NCBI GenBank assembly: GCA_963843975.1
Contig: CAWJMG010000003.1
Span: 2,726,297-2,758,296 of the forward strand
From: an uncultured Actinomycetes bacterium
Lineage (GTDB): Bacteria > Actinomycetota > Actinomycetes > S36-B12 > CAIYMF01
Direction: 5' to 3'
DNA length: 32,000 nt
Shown here: in pieces, positions 16,744-24,645 of the stretch
How positions within the stretch are numbered: position 1 is the first letter of the stretch
How the letters are laid out: every line of letters begins with the position of its first letter
Notes under the pieces: model-generated
What the model was told of the DNA's origin: nothing
Database searches by the model: none
What the model saw: the letters and a program-made list of their open reading frames with translations, nothing else
Program-made: the position numbers and the translations under genes

Positions 16744-17048
16744 CAGCCGATCCCCGCGCCCAAGCCGGAGAAGAACGCCACGATCGCGTTCGCGCCACCG
16801 ATCAGCAGCGCCCCGCCCGCCGAGACCAACACGCCGGTCTTGCCGTTGCTGGTGTGGGAGTAGTTGCCGCCGTGGTGCCCGAGCGCCCAGACGATGACGG
16901 AGACCACCAGGCCTGCGACGCACGCCACCAGGCCCCATGTCAGCAGGGCGCCCACGATCTGCTTGAGCACCGACAGTCCCGGCAGGCCTCCGTTGTTCGG
17001 GCTGATCCCCGGATCGGCGGCTAGGACGACAACGCGTGAGACGAACAT
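16743..17048 (-). CDS. small two-TM membrane protein, first gene of the T4SS operon (DUF6112-like; VirB2-position)
   Basis: 101 aa. AGGGAG lies 9 nt upstream of ATG 17048. PNNGGLPGLSVLKQIVGALLTWGLVACVAGLVVSVIVWALG ... GKTGVLVSAGGALLIGGANAIVAFF matches the pattern recalled for DUF6112 proteins. Confidence 0.75.
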   Translation of the reverse strand: MFVSRVVVLAADPGISPNNGGLPGLSVLKQIVGALLTWGLVACVAGLVVSVIVWALGHHGGNYSHTSNGKTGVLVSAGGALLIGGANAIVAFFSGLGAGIG

Positions 17049-17059
17049 CGGAGGCTCCC

Positions 17060-17099
17060 TGTGTCGGCATCCGACCGGGGCGACTACCGGTCCGACACA
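17060..17099 (-). promoter_or_regulatory. bipartite inverted repeat abutting the RBS of the first T4SS gene
   Basis: tgtgtcgg (17060-17067) pairs with ccgacaca (17092-17099). The inner gaccgg (17073-17078) pairs with ccggtc (17087-17092). It sits in the 178-nt gap between the AAA ATPase stop and the T4SS operon start. Confidence 0.4.
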
Positions 17100-17226
17100 A
17101 GGTGCGCGGATTCAGCGCCCGACAGGCGACCGAGCCCTGGACGAGAGAACTGCGGCTGGCCAGCGAGATGCGGCAGGTCATGAGTCGATCTCGGCCGGCT
17201 CGGCTGACGCGCCCCGGGCCGTTGGC

Positions 17227-18432
17227 TCAGCGGCGGCGGACCGGCGGGACTTCCAGGTCGGGAATCGCGCGCTTCATGAACTTGTCGAAGTGCGGCACGG
17301 TGAAGGCGGCGTACCCGTGCTCGGGCGTGTAGAGCAGGCCCATAGCGATGAGCTCAGCGCGTGTCGGTGCCACCTGCGGCGACGTGCGGTCCAGCAGGGC
17401 TGCAACGTCGGCCGCCTTCTGCGGTGCTGCGCCGAGCTCGGCCATGGCGCGCAGGTAGACCCGCTGCATCTCCGTCGCGCGGTCCAGGCGAACGCGGAAG
17501 AACGAGGAGTCCAGCTTCGACTCGTAAAGGGGCAGAGCCGCCTCGACGTCATCGGGGGTGATCGTCGGCCCGCCCGCCACACCCCACACGGCGTAGCCCA
17601 ACTCCTGGATGAAGTACGGGTAGCCCTCGGTCAGCTCAACGGCGAGGTCCAGCGCACCAGGGCTGAAGGTCGCGCCCTCGCTCTCGGCCGGGTCGGCCAG
17701 CGCGCGGCTCGCGTCCGCGTCGCTCAGGCTGCCGATCCGCGGGAACTTGAACAGGCGCTCGGCGTACGACTTCGCGTCCCCTGCCAACTCAGCGATCTGG
17801 GGCAGGCCCGCACCCACCATGGTGACCGGGAGGCCGCGCTGCACCGTCTTGTGCAGAGCCGCGATCAGCGCCTCGAGCTGGGGCTGGGTGAGGAACTGCA
17901 CCTCGTCGTAGAGCAGGACCACCCCGCGGCCCTGCTCCTGCGCCGCTTCGCCGATCGCGACGAACAAATCGCTCAGGTCGCGGTGCAGGTTGCCGCTGTC
18001 CGCCTGCCCCTCCAGCGCAGCCACGTCGACGCCAGCCGTCAGCGACCCGGACGGGTCGACGGAGATCGAGAAGGATCGCAGCACCGAGGCGGCGCGCTTG
18101 AGCCGATCGCTCCACCGCGCCTTCGGGGACAGCTCGAACAGCGCGGTCCGGAAGTCCGACACCAGGTCGCGGCGGAACGCGTCGTCGGAGTGCTTGCTCA
18201 CCTCGCTGTCGATCACGACCCAGCTCTGCCCGAGCGCCTCCGTGCGGAAGCTGCCCAGCAGGACCGTCTTCCCAACCCCGCGAAGACCAGTGATGATCAT
18301 CGACTGCTCGGTGCGACCGGCCGCCATCCGGGCCAGCAGCAGCGCGAAGGTCTGCAACTGGTCGTCGCGACCTAGGATCACCGGCGGTCGCGCGCCAGCG
18401 TTGGGCGTGTAGGGGTTGCGCAGCGGGTCCAC
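17227..18432 (-). CDS. AAA+ ATPase with C-terminal winged-helix-like region (AAA_16 / Orc1-Cdc6-like ATP-binding protein family)
   Basis: 401 aa with a GTG start at 18432. N-terminus NPYTPNAGARPPVILGRDDQL. Walker A ITGLRGVGKTVLL. Walker B GVVLLYDEVQFL. No Shine-Dalgarno is seen upstream, so the transcript may be leaderless. Confidence 0.85.
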   Translation of the reverse strand: MDPLRNPYTPNAGARPPVILGRDDQLQTFALLLARMAAGRTEQSMIITGLRGVGKTVLLGSFRTEALGQSWVVIDSEVSKHSDDAFRRDLVSDFRTALFELSPKARWSDRLKRAASVLRSFSISVDPSGSLTAGVDVAALEGQADSGNLHRDLSDLFVAIGEAAQEQGRGVVLLYDEVQFLTQPQLEALIAALHKTVQRGLPVTMVGAGLPQIAELAGDAKSYAERLFKFPRIGSLSDADASRALADPAESEGATFSPGALDLAVELTEGYPYFIQELGYAVWGVAGGPTITPDDVEAALPLYESKLDSSFFRVRLDRATEMQRVYLRAMAELGAAPQKAADVAALLDRTSPQVAPTRAELIAMGLLYTPEHGYAAFTVPHFDKFMKRAIPDLEVPPVRRR

Positions 18433-18773
18433 GCAAGCAACGTTATCGATGTTAGTTCGCTTTAGCCAGATTCTCTAAACCTCGGTAAACCCCAAAAAGG
18501 CAATGGTGCACGAAGTCCGGGTCGAGCTGCGACACATGGCGCCACAGCACCCCAAGGCTGGCGTGGCAGTGAAGCACCCACCCGGGACACCGTGCAGCCC
18601 AGCTGCCGGCGGCCGACCGGTTCCTACTGTTGTTACTGCGGCAGCGCGGGGCTCCAAGCTGGGTCGACGGGATGTCTTCGGGCCAACCCAATTGCCACCT
18701 GCGACATGGCGGTCACTGTTTCAGTTGTTGTTCCGGTTGTCGTTGAGGTAGCGAGAGGAGTACCATCTCGAAC

Positions 18774-19616
18774 GTGTCCAGCCGCGAGGTCTACCCGAAC
18801 GCGCCCTTGGTCCTGGTGGCAGCGGAGATCCGCCACCCCGATGCCGGCACGTTGAGCGACAGAGAGAAGCAGCAGCTCAAGCGCGCGCTCGCAGACGAAC
18901 TGCCTGTGGCTAGGCCGCTCAATCGCCCCGCTGGAATGGTCGCCACCATCGGTCCCGGCGTCGCCGCCCCTCAGTTCCAACCCACCCCGGCCATCAGCTC
19001 CCCCCGCTTCCTCAGCCGCGACCTGGTTACGAGCGCGACGTTCCATGCGGACGCCGTGGTCATCGAGACGACTGAATACCCTGGGTTTGAGGCGTTTCTT
19101 GCGCTTACCCAACGGGTGCTCTCAGCCCGGCTGAGCGTCGGATCGCTCGACGGGGTGGAACGACTCGGTCTGCGCTACATCGACGAGATCCGAGTACCCA
19201 GCGTCGGCGACACCAGCTCATGGAGAGACTGGATCGGACCCACCCTTCTGGGGCCGAACCACCTGGCTGATCAGCTGGAGCTGACGAACGACGCGTGGCA
19301 GGGCATCTCCACCTACTCCGGCAAGCTGGACGCTGGCGATTTCGAGCAGATGTCGCTCGTCCTGCGCTACGGAACCGGGGAGGGATACGCCCTCGCCCCC
19401 GACGGCGATCTACGGCGCAAGACCCCGCCGCCCGGACCCTTCTTCCTGATCGACATCGACAGCTACTGGGGTCCGGCCACACAGGCGGTTCCGGAGCTTG
19501 ACCTGAACGCGGTCACGAGCGCGTTGGAGGCGCTCCACGGACCAGTGAGAACCCTGTTCGAAAGCTCGATCACCGACCGACTCCGAGACGAGGTGCTTCG
19601 CCGCAATGGCAAGTGA
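18774..19616 (+). CDS. TIGR04255-like conserved hypothetical protein
   Basis: 280 aa. GTG 18774 is the first start after an in-frame stop, with AGAGGAG 13 nt upstream. The N-terminus EVYPNAPLVLVAAEIRHP resembles the Y..APL.E...E.RF start recalled for TIGR04255. Length fits that family. Confidence 0.7.
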   Translation: MSSREVYPNAPLVLVAAEIRHPDAGTLSDREKQQLKRALADELPVARPLNRPAGMVATIGPGVAAPQFQPTPAISSPRFLSRDLVTSATFHADAVVIETTEYPGFEAFLALTQRVLSARLSVGSLDGVERLGLRYIDEIRVPSVGDTSSWRDWIGPTLLGPNHLADQLELTNDAWQGISTYSGKLDAGDFEQMSLVLRYGTGEGYALAPDGDLRRKTPPPGPFFLIDIDSYWGPATQAVPELDLNAVTSALEALHGPVRTLFESSITDRLRDEVLRRNGK

Positions 19617-20244
19617 CAACGACCTGGCCACAGCCGAGTCGCAGCTCGGCGTGCCCCGCCTGGAAGCAGCGCAGCGCTCCTCGACCCAGACATCGACTCA
19701 GCTCACGGAGAAGGCGGGCTTCCTACGCCATCAGGTGCGCCAGCTCAGCGACGACACCCAAGGGCTACACCTCGACACCCAGCTCAACGAGTGGACCGAC
19801 CGGGCCATGCGTCGAGGCAAGGAGGCACCCCTCGAACTCCTGGGTCACCTGTCAGACCTCGGATTCTCCTGGCGAGACATCGCCCGCATGGTCCGCGTGA
19901 GCGTGCCGTCAGTGCAGAAGTGGCGGCGTGGCGGCAAGGTCACTGGAGACAACCGGCGCATGCTCGCCAACCTCGTCGCAGCTTGCGACCTGATCACCGA
20001 GGATTACCTCGTCAGTGAGGTCGCGTCCTGGTTCGAGATGCCGTTGGTCACGGGCATCCCGGTCACCCCCGTCGACCTCTACGCACAGGAGCAGTACCAG
20101 CTTCTGTTCGACTACGCGGGCAACCACACAGACACGGAGACCGTCCTCAACCAGCTGAACCCCGACTGGCGTCAGCAGTACAGCTCGGACTTCGAAGTGT
20201 TCGCGGCCGAGGACGGGCAACTGTCCATCCGGACCAAGGGCTGA
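19606..20244 (+). CDS. HTH protein with Xre/MbcA/ParS-antitoxin-like (DUF2384-like) C-terminal region
   Basis: 212 aa. ATG 19606 overlaps the upstream gene by 11 nt. The HTH is FSWRDIARMVRVSVPSVQKWRRGG. The C-terminal EVASWFEMPLVTGIPVTPVDLYAQEQYQLLFDYA resembles the W...P...L.G..P.DLL motif of DUF2384. Confidence 0.7.
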   Translation: MASDNDLATAESQLGVPRLEAAQRSSTQTSTQLTEKAGFLRHQVRQLSDDTQGLHLDTQLNEWTDRAMRRGKEAPLELLGHLSDLGFSWRDIARMVRVSVPSVQKWRRGGKVTGDNRRMLANLVAACDLITEDYLVSEVASWFEMPLVTGIPVTPVDLYAQEQYQLLFDYAGNHTDTETVLNQLNPDWRQQYSSDFEVFAAEDGQLSIRTKG

Positions 20245-20245
20245 C

Positions 20246-20968
20246 ATGCCCAGTGAGCTCGAGGCACCCCATGACTGGGGAGAGCTGTATCTCGCGCGTG
20301 GAGAGGACGTCGCTGATGAGCGGCCCGTCTTCACCGGAGACGTGTTCACTCGGCGCCCGCTTGCGGAGGGCCAGGCCAGCGAGGCCGTCGGTCCCTCGCA
20401 GCTGCTCGTACTCCAGCACCCCTGCGCGCTCCGCATCAACGGAGTTGACCTTGTCCCGCGCATTCTCGTAGCGGAGGTCGAGCCGGCACCGCTGCTCTCC
20501 ACGGAACAGTGGAAGGGGAGCTTCAAGCTCATGCCACTGCCTGAGCTGCTGGAAGCCGTCGGAGGCGACTCCGGTCACCGCGCGGGCAAGTTCAACCAGA
20601 TCCTGGTGGTCACCCCGGAGGACCTTGCCGCGTACGACCGTGTCGCCTGCCTTTCCGAGGTCGGTGTGAACCTCCTCCTTCAGCGGTGGGTCCACCACAA
20701 CAGCCGAGTCATCGTCCCGACCCATCTCTTCGCAGAAGTCACCGCGGGGCCATCTGCCGAAGCGGAACTGACCGAGGACTGGGTAAGCGAGCGTGTGACC
20801 CAGGGGGCCGACCCCGCCGCCGCCGAACACGAGTGTCACGACTTCCTCCGCAGCCAGCCAAGCGCCGACGGGCCGACACGGCAGGACGCCTTGCGCGACC
20901 CACAGAGAAGGTCCGAAGTCCGGCGAGCTGCGAGGGCACAACTCGCCCTGCCCATGCTGCCTGCCTAG
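20246..20968 (+). CDS. hypothetical protein (240 aa), candidate partner or toxin of the preceding HTH protein
   Basis: ATG lies 1 nt after the upstream stop. Composition is protein-like (RPVFTGDVF ... LVLQHPCALR ... LLLQRWVHHNSRVIVPTH). Codon-3 GC is moderately high. No family recognised. Confidence 0.65.
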   Translation: MPSELEAPHDWGELYLARGEDVADERPVFTGDVFTRRPLAEGQASEAVGPSQLLVLQHPCALRINGVDLVPRILVAEVEPAPLLSTEQWKGSFKLMPLPELLEAVGGDSGHRAGKFNQILVVTPEDLAAYDRVACLSEVGVNLLLQRWVHHNSRVIVPTHLFAEVTAGPSAEAELTEDWVSERVTQGADPAAAEHECHDFLRSQPSADGPTRQDALRDPQRRSEVRRAARAQLALPMLPA

Positions 20969-21034
20969 CCGATCGCCATCAAGTCTACGCAGTTCGCGAA
21001 TAGGGACCTGGGGGAGATGGCTGAGGCGACCAGA

Positions 21035-21271
21035 TCAGCCCGCGTCGAGCTTCTGTTGAGCGATATCGAGGCGGCGGTGCAGCAGACTCGCGGACCCGAG
21101 GTACTCACGGGCGCTCTCTGGGTCCTCGTGTCCGAACAGTTCGTGAGCTCGGGTTGCAGATGCCCAGCATCGCACCGCGGAAGCTGAAGTGAATGCCCTG
21201 CATCTCGTCCAGCCCGCTCCGGCCATGCTCCGTGGACACGTCCAGCCTCGGCGGCTTCCCGGCGGAGTCAT
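21035..21271 (-). pseudogene. possible decayed gene remnant downstream of the LysM-SARP gene
   Basis: A 78-aa ORF whose ATG overlaps the upstream stop (ATGA 21268-21271). However, the high codon-3 GC signal sits in a different frame for the first ~40 codons (..LDVSTEHGRSGLDEMQGIHFSFRGAMLGI..) and switches to the annotated frame only for the last ~35 (HELFGHEDPESAREYLGSASLLHRRLDIAQQKLDAG). Confidence 0.25.
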
Positions 21272-24200
21272 TTGCTCGTCGTCAGTAGTGCGCTCAAGGT
21301 CGCGTCCAGTGTCGCGTCGGGGTCGATAGCCCTGACTTGCTCGCGAAGTCGGTGGGCAAGCCGCTCGAGTTCGCAGCGGTCGCCGGTTCGTGCCGCGAGG
21401 AGCATGGCCTGGTAGGCGAGGGCCTCACTGGCGGGCTCGACGGTGAGTCCTGTGGCGAGTGCGGACCGCGCGGCGGTCGGTCTGCCTCTGTCCATGAGGT
21501 GAGTGGCGGTGTCGTGGGCGATGTCGACGATGGTGCTGATCATCGTCTGGGCATCGGCCTCCGCCCACGCGTAGCTGGCGGGGTCGACCCCGAGGAAGGG
21601 GCGCCCGCGGACGAGCCTGAGCGCCGCGTCTAGCTGATCGCCGTCCTCCTCGACAAGCCCGTGGCGGGCCAGGCGGAGCAGGTCTTGCCAGTCGCTGCGC
21701 ACGGCGGGGTGCAGTCGGTACCCGCGGCCGGAGTTGTTGCTGTGGTCGAGGTAAGGCCGCCCGTCGTGGTCGGTGCCGAGCCAGGTGCGGGTTCGGGAGA
21801 TTAGGGAGTTCCGCATGTCGTACGTGACGCGCTGGCCGGGCCAGAGTGCATCGTCAAGCTCGCTGGCGCTCGCCCCGGGGTGAAGGGCCAGGTAGGCGAG
21901 CAGCTCCAGGGAGCGGCCTCGGCGCGCGGTTGCGGGGGTGCTGGCGCCTGTGACGTCGACGCGGCCGAGCAGCAGAATGCGGGGGGCGTCCGGATCCGGA
22001 GTGAGGTCTCGCTCGTCGGCCGTGCCGGGGATGTCGGGCAGGGCCGCTATGACGGCAGCTCGGGGTGATCTGAGGGCCAGCGGGGCGGTCGAGATGAGCT
22101 GCTCGATGAGCGACTCGACGTCGTCGGCCTCTTCGGATTCGTCCAACTTGCCGATCTGCGCGGTCGGGCCGGTCGCGGGCGGTTCCGAGCCGGGTGCATC
22201 CTCGCTGAGGTTCTCGGGTTGCTGGTTGGCGGCGTCGAGCAGCGCGAGCAGGGATTCGTAGTCGGAGTCGGAGAGCCGCGAGACAACGATGTGCAGGCCT
22301 AGCGGTTCGAGGACGGCGTCGCCGTCGGCGTGGACGCGCAGCATCCACCCGGTGGCGCTGTCCTGTGGTGCGCTGGCGGTCGTGACGACGGCGACACCCG
22401 ACCACGGTGCCGGACAGATGGCGTTGTCGTGCCCCAGATGCACCTCGGGTGCCCAGTGGTCCGGTGCGCGGCCGGTCGAGCGCGCATCTTGCAGGTCGCG
22501 CACATCGGCGGCTTCGAGCGCGTGGCGCACGGTGGCGAGGCGGACGTCCGCCCGACGGGCAGCGGCGGTGTCGTCGACGGCGGCGACGCGGTCGGGGTCG
22601 GCGACGTCGGCGAGGGCGCGCAGGTGGTGGGTGAGGATGAGCGTGGACGCCGCGGACAGGGGGCTGGTGGCCAGCTCGACCCCCAGCGTTCGAAGGACTG
22701 CCGCCGCCGCGTGGTCGTCGCCAACCAGTTCAAGGGTGCCGGCCGCTTCGAGGTTGAGCAGGAGCATGCGGTCCTCGACCGTGCCGAGGGTCACCAGGGC
22801 GGGGTAGGGGGCGATCCCGGACGTCGACGGCGCCGAATCCTTGCCGGGTGCGCTGTCCAGCGCCGTCGGGTCGAGCCGCCACAGAACGAGGTTGTCGCCG
22901 ACGGGCGCTTCGCCGGCTGGCGCGTTGGTGAACGGTGCGAAGGGGGGAGGCTCGTCGCCAGCGGTGGCACCCCCCATCGAGACGTCCACGATGATGTCGA
23001 GCTGGTGCTGGCCGACAAGGACAGCCAGAAGCCGTGGCATGGGCCGTCCAGTGGTGCGGCAGCCATCGGCCATCTGCTGCAGTGCCGACGCGACGATGTC
23101 GAGGGTGATGGGAGTCCGGGCGCCGCGGAGGATGCGTTCCGCGACGGCGGGGTCCCCGGTGGGCAGGGGGAGACGCTGCCCGGGGCGGCGTTGCTGCTGC
23201 TGACGTCGTCGTCGTCGGGCGAGTTCGGCGAGAAACCCGGTGGCGGTTAGCGCGGTGAGTCCGAGGACCAGATGCGACCAGCTCCTGCTGATCGCGTCTC
23301 CGGCTTCTGCCTCAGCTGACGGGGTGGCTGTCTGCTGCGAGCTCGGCCCCGTCGGGGCGGGCGTCGCTGCCGCGCGCTCGGGCTCTGGTGCGGGGGTGCG
23401 GTGGGGCGGGGCCGTGACAGCTCCCGGCGTCGTCGGGACCGGCATCACCGGCGCTCGACCGTCCGGCTCGTCGACGGCAGGCGCTTCGGGCGTCCGGGGT
23501 GGAGTCGTCGGCGCGGTCCGAGGAGCCTGGTCGGCGCCCTGACGGGCGGGCAGCACGAGGATCCAGCCGGGCCGGATGAGCCGGGGGTCGTCGAGGTGCT
23601 GGCCATCGGGTTGGGTGCGGTCACGGTTGAGCCGGTGGATCTCCCGGTAGCGCAGGGGATCGCCGAGCTGATGGGCGGCGATGTCCCAGAGCGTGTCGCC
23701 ACGCTGCACCACATAGGCGCGGTGCTCCGAGCCGCCGTTCTGCGTCGCCGGTTGCGGCGTCGGCTTCGACGCGTGGGCAGTGTCGGGTGCGGCGGCGTGC
23801 TGCTCGGGCAGGAGCAGGACCCAGCCGGGGTGGATCCAGTGGGTGTCGGTGAGGGTGCGGCCGTCGTGCTGGGGGCGCCCGTAGTTGAGGCGGGCGATCT
23901 CGCGGAAGCGTGCGCCGTCGCCGAGGTGGGTGGCTGCGAGGTCCCAGAGGGTGTCGCCACGCATGACGGTGATCGTGCGGTCGCGAGCAGCTCGGCCCGC
24001 CTGATGGACCTGATCATGCGCATGGGCGTGCACCGCGGTCGAGGATGCGGACGGTTGAACTGCGCTGTGGTCGGCCTGCGGCTGACGCGTGGTCGCGGCA
24101 TCAGGCTGCGCCGCCAGCCGCGGCGTGGCCAGCGCCGAGGTCGGGATCGGGGTCGACGCCGTCGACCCTGTTGGTGCCAGGTCTGCGGCTGCGGCCGGGA

Positions 24201-24645
24201 CCGCTTGGAAGTGTCCGGGTGCGGTGCCGGTGGGTGCGGCCAGGAGCATCGCGGCCGACGCGACCAGGGACGCGGCGAGCTTCTGTGGCGCACCCGCCAG
24301 CGGGAGTCGTGGCGTGGGCAGGCCGCGCAGCATCGCGAGCGTCTCCACGACCACGGAGACGGCGAACACCGCCCACGCAGCCCATGCCAGCAGCGTCAGC
24401 GCGGTCAGCAGGAGGCGTCCGTCGTCGGGGCGGGTCAGCGCGGAGGTGATTGCCTGCCAGGACAGGGCCGGCCAGTCCAGCGCCGGGGCGACAACCAGCA
24501 GCAGTGCGGGGATGCCGACCATGAGGGCTGCGAGCGCGAGCAGGGCGGCCAGGGCGCGCGCGATCTCGGCGCCGCGGCGGTGGCGCCTGGCGTGGGTCAC
24601 GGACTCTGCCCCTCGGCTGGTCGCCTGGGTGGTGGTTCTGGTCAT
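21268..24645 (-). CDS. multi-pass membrane protein with two extracytoplasmic LysM domains and a cytoplasmic SARP-type wHTH plus BTAD domain
   Basis: 1125 aa. Three N-terminal TM helices. LysM1 at aa ~224-280 (nt ~23806-23976): ITVMRGDTLWDLAATHLGDGARFREIARLN...IHPGWVLLLP. LysM2 at aa ~310-366 (nt ~23548-23718): YVVQRGDTLWDIAAHQLGDPLRYREIHRLN...IRPGWILVLP. TM4 is SHLVLGLTALTATGFLAELA followed by RRRRRQQQQRR. The C-terminal ~260 aa (RILLLGRVDVTG...SLELLAYLALHPG...ELDDALWPG...GYRL....DW..LL...AL.LVRGRPFLG) fit the SARP/AfsR wHTH plus BTAD pattern. Confidence 0.9.
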   Translation of the reverse strand: MTRTTTQATSRGAESVTHARRHRRGAEIARALAALLALAALMVGIPALLLVVAPALDWPALSWQAITSALTRPDDGRLLLTALTLLAWAAWAVFAVSVVVETLAMLRGLPTPRLPLAGAPQKLAASLVASAAMLLAAPTGTAPGHFQAVPAAAADLAPTGSTASTPIPTSALATPRLAAQPDAATTRQPQADHSAVQPSASSTAVHAHAHDQVHQAGRAARDRTITVMRGDTLWDLAATHLGDGARFREIARLNYGRPQHDGRTLTDTHWIHPGWVLLLPEQHAAAPDTAHASKPTPQPATQNGGSEHRAYVVQRGDTLWDIAAHQLGDPLRYREIHRLNRDRTQPDGQHLDDPRLIRPGWILVLPARQGADQAPRTAPTTPPRTPEAPAVDEPDGRAPVMPVPTTPGAVTAPPHRTPAPEPERAAATPAPTGPSSQQTATPSAEAEAGDAISRSWSHLVLGLTALTATGFLAELARRRRRQQQQRRPGQRLPLPTGDPAVAERILRGARTPITLDIVASALQQMADGCRTTGRPMPRLLAVLVGQHQLDIIVDVSMGGATAGDEPPPFAPFTNAPAGEAPVGDNLVLWRLDPTALDSAPGKDSAPSTSGIAPYPALVTLGTVEDRMLLLNLEAAGTLELVGDDHAAAAVLRTLGVELATSPLSAASTLILTHHLRALADVADPDRVAAVDDTAAARRADVRLATVRHALEAADVRDLQDARSTGRAPDHWAPEVHLGHDNAICPAPWSGVAVVTTASAPQDSATGWMLRVHADGDAVLEPLGLHIVVSRLSDSDYESLLALLDAANQQPENLSEDAPGSEPPATGPTAQIGKLDESEEADDVESLIEQLISTAPLALRSPRAAVIAALPDIPGTADERDLTPDPDAPRILLLGRVDVTGASTPATARRGRSLELLAYLALHPGASASELDDALWPGQRVTYDMRNSLISRTRTWLGTDHDGRPYLDHSNNSGRGYRLHPAVRSDWQDLLRLARHGLVEEDGDQLDAALRLVRGRPFLGVDPASYAWAEADAQTMISTIVDIAHDTATHLMDRGRPTAARSALATGLTVEPASEALAYQAMLLAARTGDRCELERLAHRLREQVRAIDPDATLDATLSALLTTSK

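Noticed and set aside
16864-18375. 503-aa ORF on the plus strand
   Set aside because: It is antisense to the AAA+ ATPase (clear Walker A/B) and to the small membrane protein, and it crosses an intergenic region.
21018-21188. 56-aa plus-strand ORF (MAEATRSARVELLLSDIEAAVQQ...)
   Set aside because: It is below any confident length. The G-rich stretch abuts the ATG with no spacer. It shares codon boundaries with the minus-strand ORF, so bias cannot discriminate between them. It is reported only as part of the ambiguous-region finding.
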